The notes beneath the pieces are model-generated. The model was not told the DNA's origin, searched no databases, and saw nothing but the letters and a program-made list of their open reading frames with translations. Below, piece by piece: positions 36,940 through 46,986 of a stretch of DNA of 64,000 bases (the first letter of the stretch is position 1; each line of letters begins with the position of its first letter). A program made the translations under genes and the position numbers. The stretch spans positions 5,704,001-5,768,000 of the forward strand of contig NC_086097.1 in assembly GCF_963921235.1 (NCBI RefSeq), given 5' to 3'. The stretch is from Mobula hypostoma. Its lineage: Eukaryota.

Positions 36940-37445
36940 TGATTCGAGATTCAAGATTGGTTAACGTCGTTTAGAGTACTCAAATGTAAAGGAAGACTAA
37001 ATAAGTGTAACTCTGGATCTGATGCAGCACAAAAAAAGGTAAGATAAAGAACACAGTGCTAAAAATCACAATAAATATAAATATTTAAGCAGCTTATATA
37101 CATTGATTGATTGTATGTCTATTAAACGACACAGGGTACAGGAGTGTCTGTACCTAAGGTGACCCTGACAGGAAATAATAAAGTAGTGGTGGTTGAGGGA
37201 GTGGAGGGGTGGGTTAGTGGGTGGAAGTATCCTACTGTTTGGGGAACGTAACTGTTTTTGAGTCTGGTGGTCCTGGTCTGGATACTACGTAGCCTCCTCT
37301 CTGATGGGAGTGAAACAAACGATCCATGAGCAGGGTGGGTGGGATCCTTCATGATGTTACTGGCTCTTTTCTGGCCTCGTTCTGTATATATGTCCCTGAA
37401 AGCAGGTAGACTGGTGCCAGTGAGGCACTGGGCAATTTTGACTAT
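36940..37445 (-). mobile_element. Rex1/Babar 3' fragment
   Basis: MKDPTHPAHGSFVSLPSERRLRSIQTRTTRLKNSY. Confidence 0.8.
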
Positions 37446-37446
37446 A

Positions 37447-37580
37447 TCAGTCCTGAGAGAAATTCTGGGTCCAAAATGTCGACTATTTATTTCTCCCTAT
37501 AGATGCTCCTGACCTGTCGAGTTCTACCAATATTTTGTGTGCGGTGTTCAAGTTTTCCAGCATCTACAGAATCTTCTGTG
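37447..37580 (+). mobile_element. Penelope terminal repeat, degenerate
   Basis: CAGTCCTGAGAGAA...AAAATGTCGACT...GATGCTCCTGACCTG...TTCCAGCATCTACAGAAT. Confidence 0.65.
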
Positions 37581-37756
37581 ACAACTTAGGGGAGTTGTGC
37601 CTGGAATGCATGTTTCTTGTTTGAACAGAATAAAGCATGTTCCATTTGTCATGTGGTATCTAACAGAGATAAACCCCTGCATTTCAATCACATTTATGCC
37701 CAATAGTGAAGCATGAGATGGCTTCATCACTCCCACACTTCACATCATATCTATAT

Positions 37757-37925
37757 TCGTTTTTCTTTCAAAGTCCATTACCACTCCTGCGGCATAGTCC
37801 ACTGACAGCAGCTTCTGTTGACATTTCTGTAGCATTGGGTTTTTACGGGATGAGGTTGCCTGCCCCATTCCCAATCCTACTGCCTTCGTGGCCGGGCTTT
37901 GGACCAACCATAGCAGAGTTACACC
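37757..37925 (-). mobile_element. Short RTE-derived element with 5' twister-like motif
   Basis: Minus strand TAACTCTGCTATGGTTGGTCCAAAGCCCGG...GGATTGGGAATGGGGCAGGCAACCTCATCCCGTAAAAA and an RTE-like 3' end CTATGCCGCAGGAGTGGTAATGG; homologous to 46045-46300. Confidence 0.65.
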
Positions 37926-38091
37926 ACCATATCCATCACCCATCCTTAAATAGTCCCTCAGAGGCTTAGTATGGTTTTGGTTTATCTCATCCAACACTGG
38001 ATCTGTGGTGACTGCAATCAAATAAACAGATTCATTAAAATGAGAAGGGTTTGAACTGTTTTGTGCAAATTAAATTCAAATCATGAAGAGA

Positions 38092-38592
38092 AATTATTAT
38101 AAAAGGAAGGATGTGGAAGCATTGGACAGGGTACAGAGGAGATTTACCAGGATGCTGCCTGGTTTAGAGAGTATGCATTCTGATCAGAGATTAAGGGAGC
38201 TAGGGCTTTACTCTCTGGAGAGAAGGAGGATGAGAGGAGACATGATAGAGGTGTACAAGATAATAAGAGGAATAGATAGACTGGATAGCCAGTGCCTCTT
38301 CCCCAGGGCACCACTGCTCAATACAAGAGGACATGGCTTTAAGGTAAGGGGTGAGAAGTTCAAGGGGAATATTAGAGGAAGGTTTTTCACTCAGAGAGTG
38401 GTTGGTGCATGGAATGCACTGCCTGAGTCAGTGGTGGAGGCAGATACACTAGCGAAGTTTAAGAGGCTACTAGGCAGGTATATGGAGGAATTTAAGGTGG
38501 GGGTTTATATGGGAGGCAGGGTTTAAGGGTCAGCACAACATTGTGGGCTGAAGGGCCTGTACTGTGCTGTACTATTCTATGTTCTATGTTCT
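38092..38592 (+). mobile_element. CR1 3' fragment (second subfamily)
   Basis: RKDVEALDRVQRRFTRMLPGLE...FFTQRVVGAWNALPE; (TTCTATG)n tail. Confidence 0.92.
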
Positions 38593-39756
38593 ATGAAGGT
38601 GCAAGACAGGTATATTCCAAAACAGAAGAAATTTTCGAATGGAAAAAGGATGCAACCGTGGCTGACAAGAGAAGTCAAAGCCAAAGTTAAAGCAAAGGAG
38701 AGGGCATACAAGGAAGCAAAAATTAGTGGGAAGACACTGGATTGGGAAGTTTTTAAAAGCTTACAGAAAGAAACTAAGAAGTTCATTAAGAGGGAAAAGA
38801 TGAACTATGAAACGAAGCTAGCAAATAATATCAAAGAGGATACTAAAAGCTTTTTCAAGTATATAAAGAGTAAAAGACAGATGAGAGTAGATATAGGACC
38901 GATAGAAAATGACGCTGGTGAAATTGTAATGGGAGATAAGGAGATGGCAGAGGAACTGAACGAGTATTTTGCATCAGTCTTCACTGAGGAAGACATCAGC
39001 AGTATACCAGACACTCAAGGGTGTCAGGGAAGAGAAGTGTGCGCAGTCACAATTACGACAGAGAAAGTACTCAGGAAGCTTAATAGTCTAAAGGTAGATA
39101 AATCTCCCGGACCAAATGGAATGCACCCTCGTGTTCTGAAGGAAGTAGCTGTAGAGATTGCGGAGGCATTCGCGGTGATCTTTCAAAAGTCAATAGAATC
39201 TGGCATGGTTCTGGAGGACTGGAAGATTGCAAATGTCACTCCGCTACTTAAGAAGGCGGCAAGGAAGCAAAAAGGAAATTATAGACCTGTTAGCTTGACA
39301 TCGGTGGTTGGGAAGTTGTTGGAATCGATTGGTAAGGATGAGGTTACGGAGTACCTGGAGGCATATGACAAGATAGGCAAAACTCAGCATGATTTCCTTG
39401 AAGGAAAATCCTGTCTGACAAACTTATTGCAATTTTTTGAGGAAATTACAAGTAGGCTAGAAAAGGGAGATGTAGTGGATGTTGTATATTTGGATTTTCA
39501 GAAGGCCTTTGACAAGGTGCCGCACATGAGGCTGCTTACCAAGATAAGAGCCCATGGAATTAGAGAAAAGTTACATACGTGGATAGAGCATTGGCTGATT
39601 GGCAGGAAGCAAAGAGTGGGAATAAAGGGATCCTATTCTGGATGGCTGCCGGTTACCAGTGGTGTTCCACAGGGGTCCGTATGGGGGCCACTTATTTTTA
39701 CATTGTACATCAACGATTTGGATTATGGAATAGATGGCTTTGTGGCTAAGTTTGCT

Positions 39757-40470
39757 TTCTTTTTTTTCTTTTTAAATCTTTTTATTGAATTAGTACACAA
39801 AACGTAAAACATATACCAACCAATACATTGTTACGATATAAATATACAGGTAATATTGATACAAAAAAAATGCAAACAATGTAATATTAATACACAAAAA
39901 AAATGCAAATCAGTTAGTTATAAGATAACAAGATAATATAGTTGTATACTAGTTTTTTATATATATCGATAAAGGAAAAAAAAACAGAAAAAAAAACAGA
40001 AAAAGCCAACCATGCAACTAACCTACAAAGCAAAGCAAAGCAATGGGCTAACTAGGTACAAAGTAGACTTAAACTGCTTAAACAATCATGTCCTCAAACC
40101 TGACCTCCACTAATAGCAGATAAAATCCACGAAGGGAGTGTATATATGATCATAGAGGAAAAAAAAGTTACATTAAATGAAAATGTCGAATAAAAGATCT
40201 CCAGCTCTGTTCAAATTTAACTGAAGTATCATAAAGATTACTTCTTATTTTTTCCAAATTTAAACATAGTATCATTTGAGAAAACCAAAAAAATGTAGTT
40301 GGGGCGTTAATCTCCTTCCAATGTTGTAGAATACATCTTTTCGCCATTAAAGTAAGAAATGCAATCATCCTACGTGCTGAAGGGGATAAATTACTGGAAG
40401 TTTTAGGTAATCCAAAGATAGCAGTAATATGATGGGGAGAAATATCACTATTCAAAACCTTTGAGATAAA
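39757..40470 (-). mobile_element. L1-clade 3' fragment with 14-bp TSD
   Basis: TAIFGLP...LMAKRCILQHWKEINAPT...LNLEKIR...FEQSWRSFI; AATAAA and A-tail on minus; TSD TGGCTAAGTTTGCT at 39743-39756 and 40471-40484. Confidence 0.92.
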
Positions 40471-41233
40471 TGGCTAAGTTTGCTGATGATACGAAGATAG
40501 GTGGAGGGGCCGGTAGTGCTGCGGAAACAGAGAGTCTGCAGAGAGACTTGGATAGATTGGGAGAATGGGCAAAGAAGTGGCAAATAAAATACAATGTTGG
40601 AAAGTGTATGGTTCTGCACTTTGGCAGAAGATATAAATGGGCAGACTATTATTTAAATGGGGAGAGACTTCAAAGTTCTGAGATGCAACAGGACTTGGGA
40701 GTCCTTGTGCAGGATACCCTTAAGGTTAACCTTTAGGTTGAGTTATTGGTGAAGAAGGCGAAAGCAATGTTGGTATTCATTTCTAGAGGAATAGAGTATA
40801 GGAGCAGGGATGTGATGTTGAGGCTCTATAAGGCACTGGTGAGACCTCACTTGGAGTACTGTGGGCAGTTTTGGTCTCCTTATTTAAGAAAGGATGTGCT
40901 GATGTTGGAGAGGATTCAGAGAAAATTCATTAGAATGATTCCGGGAATGAGAAGGTTAACATATGAGGAACATTTGTCCGCTCTTGGACTGTATTCTTTG
41001 GAGTTTAGAAGAATGAGGGGGGACCTCATAGAAACATTTCGAATGTTGAAAGCTATGGACAGAGTGGATGCGGCAAAATTGTTTCCCATGGTGGGGGAGT
41101 CTAGTACGAGAGGGCATGACTTAAGGATTGAAGGGCGCCCATTCAGAACAAAGATTAGAAGGAAATTTTTCAGCCAGAGGGTGGTGAGTCTGTGGAATTT
41201 ATTGCCACGGACAGGTGTGGATGCCAAGTCATT

Positions 41234-41540
41234 TTTTTTTGGCATCCGTTAGTCTTGCGAGACCATGGATCTGTGCCTGGAAAGTCTTCTCTCTCCAAGG
41301 CGCAGGCCTGGACGAGTTTGTACGGAAGACTGGCAGTTGCCCATGTTGCAAGTATCCCTCTCCATGACAACGATGTTGTCCAAGGGAAGGGCAAGGGCTG
41401 ATACAGCTTGGCACCAGTGTCTTTGCAGAGCACTGTGTGGTTAAGAGCCTTGCTCAAGGACACAACACACTGCCTCGGCTGGGGCTCGAACTCACGACCT
41501 TCAGGTCACTAGTCGAATGCCTTAACCTCTTGGCCACGTG
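41234..41540 (-). mobile_element. tRNA-derived SINE, full length, with TSD
   Basis: Minus-strand A box TGGCCAAGAGG, B box GTTCGAGCC, core GTGTCCTTGAGCAAGG, poly(A); TSD G(C/T)CAAGTCATT at 41223-41233 and 41543-41553; partial second copy at 53235-53412. Confidence 0.88.
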
Positions 41541-42039
41541 TGGTCAAGTCATTTGGTATATTTAAAATGGAGTTTGATAGGTTCTTGACTAGGCAGAGCA
41601 TCAAAGATTATGGGGAGAATGCAGGAAAATGGAGTTGAAATCAGACTGGATTTGCCAAAAAGCTTAATTCTGTTCCTTTATCTTATCATCAAATCGTATG
41701 ACCTTAAGGCCTGTGTAAAAATTATTTTAAGAGTGAAGTATCTATTGCACACTAATGACCACATAACACACTAACTACCACATCGGTTTGAGATCTTAGT
41801 GCAGCATCAAGCAAGTTGGAAATGAGACTCTTGGTGAATGAAATATATCAAATGGTGACTTGCAGGGTTCTGAATGTGGATATGAGAGTGGGATTAAGCC
41901 CGGTGGCTGGTTTTGTTGTTTGGTGCAGACACAATGATCAAACAAACTGTTTCTGTGTTTAACCATATCTGTAATTGTATTGTTCACACTCTTCAAGTTG
42001 AAATTCAGGTTTATTGTCATCTGACTCTACTCACACTCT

Positions 42040-42341
42040 ACACAAATATGGGCACCCTGGTCAAAATTTCTGTTACTGTGAATAGCTAAGTGAGTAAAAG
42101 ATGACCTGATTTCAAAAAGGCATAAAGTTAAAGATGACACATTTCTTTAATATTTTAAGCAAGATTACTTTTTCTCCCATCTTTTACAGTTTCAAAATAA
42201 CGAGAAAGGAAAAGGGCCCAAAGCAAAAGTTTGGGCACCGGGCATGGTCAGGGCTTAGTAACACCCCCTTTGGCAAGTATCACAGCTCGTAAACACTTCC
42301 TGTAGCCAGCTAAGAGTCTTTCAATTCTTGTTTGGGGGATT
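42040..42341. mobile_element. Tc1/mariner terminal fragment (IR/DR type)
   Basis: Outer CAAATATGGGCACCC and inner AAAAGTTTGGGCACC direct repeats about 180 bp apart, followed by CCCCCTTTGGCAAGTATCACAGC. Confidence 0.65.
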
Positions 42342-42886
42342 TGACGAGACCAACGTCTCGTCACTAGGACAGTGAACTGTTTAGTGTTTACTGTTTATCT
42401 TTGTTGCACATTTTGAATTGTATTTGATTAATATGTTTGTGGCAATATTTTGTTTGGTGTGTGATACATGTTTTGTGGGTGCACCATGCTTTAGAGGAAC
42501 ATTGTTTCATTTGGTTGTAAATATGTACAGTCAGATGGCGGTAGTCTTGACCTTGAAGTAACCCAGGTTAATTCAACACAAAAATATAGTGTTAGAAAGC
42601 TCCACCTGTAGAGGGATGAAGACGAGGTTTACCAGATTTTTTAAGGAAAAAGAGAGCTTGGGGGAAAAAAGCGATGTGAGAGCGAAGTATGGCTGACGCA
42701 GGTGCAGACAAGCGAGAGAAACACAGCAAAATATTAGAAACTAAAGATGTAAGCTGTTAAAAGTGCAATTAGTAGTGAGTATCTCTACCTTACTTGATTG
42801 AGAACCTTAGGGTGAAATCTCTGGAGGAGACATGATAGCAATAAAAGCTCTATTGATGCTATGGCTATAACAAGCAACAGCTACAA

Positions 42887-43674
42887 GTTTCAAAGGCACA
42901 CTTAATGTCAGAGAAATATATACAATATACATCCTGAAATGCTTTTTCATCGCAACCATCCACAAAAACAGAGGAGTGCCCCAAAGAATGAATGACAGTT
43001 AAATGTTGGAACCCCATCTCCCTCCCTCCCGTGCGTAATTGGCAGCAAGCAACAACCCTCCCCCCCCCGCAGCAAAAAAAAACATCGGCACCTGCCACCG
43101 AGCACTCAAGCGTGCAGCAAAGCAACAGCAAAGACACAGACTTGCAGTACCCCAAAGACTGCTCGTTCACCTGTTATTCGATATACCACAGGCCCTCTCT
43201 CTCCCTAATAAGGGAGAAAGGGGGTTTCCATTTCACAGCGAGGGAGGAGATATAACAAACAGCTCGCTGGTTTATGATGTTAAAAGTCCAATGTGTCAGT
43301 TTTTCCAAGCTCTGTGCCCAAAGAACTCAGGTCTCTGGGCACACAGCCACAGATCTTCCAACTCCCATGACATACCGATCTGCTTGGACTCCACCTTCGA
43401 TCTGCTCACCTCCAGAGCCATGAGATCTTGGCCCTCTGAATGTGAACTGAGCTCTTAGGCTGCATCCTTCGTATGTTGAATAACGGCCAGTCATGAAATC
43501 CCGATATCCGGTTCCAATCCAACAAAGAACCGAAGTCAGCATGTAACTACAGGTCAGGGTCTTCAAAAGAACCCTGAAAGGAAAAAATAGAGATATTAGA
43601 GATGGAAATAGAGCTGTTTCCGAAGCTGCAAACAAAGGAGTCGCCATTAGGCGCCATTGTCTCCTCCTAAACTC
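42887..43674 (-). mobile_element. Non-autonomous ORF-less element with Rex1-type tail, copy 2
   Basis: Colinear with 16077-16906. Confidence 0.75.
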
Positions 43675-43689
43675 ATCTCTGCTGATATT

Positions 43690-43832
43690 CAGCAGGCCAG
43701 GCAGCATCTCTAGGAAGAGGTACAGTTGACGTCGACTGTACCTCTTCCTAGAGATGCTGCCTGGCCTGCTGCATTCACCAGCAACTTTGATGTGTGTTGC
43801 TTGAATTTCCAGAATCTGCAGAATTCCTCGTG
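43690..43832. mobile_element. Fold-back Penelope-derived insertion with 12-bp TSD
   Basis: TCTGCTGATATT at 43678-43689 and 43833-43844; 82-bp spacerless palindrome 43690-43771 with 1 mismatch. Confidence 0.92.
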
Positions 43833-44504
43833 TCTGCTGATATTGCTTTGTTTTAGACTCCTATTATTGTCTACAAGACAATATCAGCAGAGATGCGTGT
43901 CCAAGATCTCTACCGTGTAACCAGGAGTTAGTTCTGTTAAATCAGACTAGGGGATTTGGTGAATTAAATCTTTTACCGTTCTGAGAGAGTAAATTTGTGT
44001 GTGAAATATATTCAGCTGTGTTGTAACTGAGAAGTATTTGAAAATGACAATGTGATATTGAGTAATGTTTGAAATACAAAAATTGAATGTGTATAAAAAC
44101 TTACAGATTGTAATCCTGCTGTATACAGGTCATGTTTTTGTGTGTAAGTTTGTGAATCAACTTTCTATGGATGATCAACTATTTCATCCAATGAATCAAG
44201 GAACAAGATGACAAGCCACCTAAGATCGAAGAAACAGTGTGGGACCAAAATATTTAATGCTAAGGGATTTAATATGGTTGGATGAAGAAGCTGACTTTCA
44301 TTTGAAGGATCTGAATTTGTTTTTCTGAAAGAAATCATTATTTCTGTGAAGACTTTAATAAGTTACTGAATAAGATTTGCTTTGTTTAAAAGATATGATT
44401 TTGGAGAATTGTCATGAAAGGAGTTAAGCTGTTTATATATAATTTTTGAATTTGAATTTGTGGGCATACTAACCTGAGCTAAAATTGAGGTTAACAATAA
44501 TACT

Positions 44505-44842
44505 TAGGAATAGGAATTTTGTAAAGCAGCACTTTCCAGAAACACGACTACTACCATTGAGAAGGATGAGAACAGCAGATAACTGGGAGCATCACCACCT
44601 GGAAATCCCCTTCCAAGCCACTCACCATCCTGACTTGGAAACATATCACTGTTCCTTCAATCCCGTGGAGTCAAAATCATGGAATTTCCTTCCTAACAGT
44701 ACTGTGGGTGTACCTACACATCAGGGACTGCAACAGTTCAAGAAGGCAGTTCATCCCCACCTTCTCAAGGGCAACTAGGGATGGGCAATAAATACTAGCT
44801 TAGCTGGCGATGCCTACATCCTGTAAATGAATAATTTAAAAA
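44505..44842 (+). mobile_element. LINE 3' end (CR1/L2 group)
   Basis: SKSWNFLPNSTVG...LQQFKKAVHPHLLKGN* followed by GGGATGGGCAATAAAT and an A-rich end. Confidence 0.7.
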
Positions 44843-45264
44843 TTTGCAGTTTTCTAACTAGAGATTTAAAAAAAGGCAACTGTTAGACTGTAGCCTTTAA
44901 ATAGGGAAGAACACGACCTAATTAGTTAGAGAAACTGGAGTAATAAAGGTTAATGAATCTCACTGATTCTAAATAAAAAGGAAATTGGTTTTCGTTTGAT
45001 ATCTGAGATTTGGAACCTAAATAGAATTTGGAATTTTGAATTGTTTTTACTCATGGAAATATTTTGAACAAATTGCCTCCAGTGTAGTGTTTTTTTCTAT
45101 TCACTGTCTCCTTCTGATATCTAGAGCTTCTGATGGCCTACTAGTACCTAGTGTAGTACTATGTGATGTGATTTTCTCATTAAGAGTGCAGCAACCAGTC
45201 ACACAAGATAAGACCAGTGCTATACAGTTGTTACATTGAACTTAAAGAATTGCTGTTTCAGACC

Positions 45265-45472
45265 TGTGGTGTATTTAATATCTCAGTTTATTAAGCATTC
45301 TGTGTTCGTTTAGGTAAGTCATTATGGGTTATATGTAAGCGGTACATGAATGGTATATGTCATTACGTTGCCATTTCATATGAGTATGCCTCACTAAAGC
45401 AAAACTAAATAGACCAGATCCCAGCTCCGATCTTTTTCATTCAATTAGTTTCTGGAGTTACTAATCATAACA
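45265..45472 (+). mobile_element. Possible short solo LTR
   Basis: TGTGGTG...CATAACA termini, 208 bp; TSD degenerate (AGACC/GGATC). Confidence 0.4.
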
Positions 45473-46044
45473 GGATCAGAACCCTTCATCAGGCACCAAC
45501 CCCGGCTGAATGTTGTATTATGATTTGAAAATTAGGTTTCTACAATGCACATTAAGGAGTTGACAAATTTAATATCCTTTCACAGATGGGGTGAAAAAGA
45601 GTTTGGCATTGTCACCTCATTTGAGCATTTCTTGTATGTCATAATTTATTCACTAGAAGAGAGATCAAGTCAACTAGCAGGGCTGAAGCAGCAGAAAAAG
45701 GATTAGCATGGGTATGGACCAAGTATGTCCAGAGGGGCAGATAGTCAGACAGTGTATACATCTTTTGCAAACCCTTCAGTAGTTGCATAGACACCTGAAC
45801 AGTAGACTATCTGTTGGATGGAAGTAACCAACAACTCTGATAGAGGCAGGTGCCAAGTTTTTAAGCTCACCAGTAAGAGGTTGTGCTTTAGCACTGCTGG
45901 CCCACCACCTCAAGGGAGTCTTGATCATAAGCGAGCCGAAACTCCTGAAGACAGGTGGCAGATCAACTGATGATCCCACTGGTGACAGCACAGGACAGTT
46001 AACATCTTAGTCCACGTGTATTTTGTAACTCTTGCAAATATGAG

Positions 46045-46300
46045 AATTTAGGCTCCCCTATGGATGGTCCCAAGGCTGGCTGTGAAAGAAGGAGATTTGG
46101 GCTCGGGGTGAGCAACCCCAACCCATAAAAACCTAGAGCTACAGAAATGCCAGCAGATGCTCCAGCAGCCTCATCCCTGGGAGGGGAAGGATCTTCAAAG
46201 GTGGTCAACACACGGAGGCAACATGAACACTGACCTGAGATAGGGGATTCTGGAGAGCTGCCGTTGATAGCCTATGTCCCAGAAGGTAAGTATAGAAGCT
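46045..46300 (+). mobile_element. Short RTE-derived element with 5' twister-like motif
   Basis: CTATGGATGGTCCCAAGGCTGG...GAAGGAGATTTGGGCTCGGGGTGAGCAACCCCAACCCATAAAAA...GCCTATGTCCCAGAAGG; homologous to 37757-37925. Confidence 0.65.
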
Positions 46301-46986
46301 TATTTCCATTTGCTTTATTTGAAGAAAACAGGTCATTTGCCACTGAAGAGACAAAATGAACTAAGTTTCACGCTTCAGTGGTGTAAAATTCTATATAACT
46401 TTTTTGAAGAAGTGCTAGCTGTTTTCCATTTGGGAATTAGCAATTTTTCTTCCCAGTTTATAATTTTTTTCTTGCAGATGCAGAAAATAATAGGATTTTA
46501 GATGGAATTAATTTTCTTTGAAAATGGTTTCAAAGCAAAGCAGGCCATTTCAAGTACAGTTTTATTGATTGCTCTAGTCAAAGATACAGCAGGAAATTTA
46601 TATGAGCTTGGCAATATGCTGCAGATGCTGGAAGCATGAAATAAAACCAAAAGGTGCTGGGAAAATTCATCAGGTCAGGCAGCATCTGTGGATAAAGAAA
46701 GTTAATAAACAGGAAAGGAAAGGCACTCAGGTTCTCTATCAGGGCTGTTTTCACCCTCCACTCCAACGTTCCCTTTAATTGGGTTTACAGTTGTGTGAAC
46801 AAATCACTGCTCTGAGCAGGAAATTTCTACACAGCCCGAAAACTTTGGCATTTTAGATGTTTATTTCTGACGGCGTCAGCGTTCAATGGGTTGGTGTTAT
46901 TAATAATGAGCTACCAACTTCCATTCAATGTTTATTGTTACAATTTGTAACAGAGTTGTAACTTAAAACACTGACATTGTAAATAG

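Larger units (their letters stand above)
38593..41690 (+). mobile_element. CR1 LINE interrupted by an L1 fragment and a SINE
   Basis: Open ORF2 at 38593-39756 (to VAKFA) resumes at 40471 (AKFADDTKIG); the 3' part resumes after 41540. Confidence 0.95.

Noticed and set aside
41440..41540. tRNA gene
   Set aside because: It is the tRNA-derived head of a SINE with body, poly(A) and TSD; no complete cloverleaf seen.
45930..45985. GAAAC and CTGATGA close together (type II hammerhead?)
   Set aside because: The required stems II and III cannot be paired.
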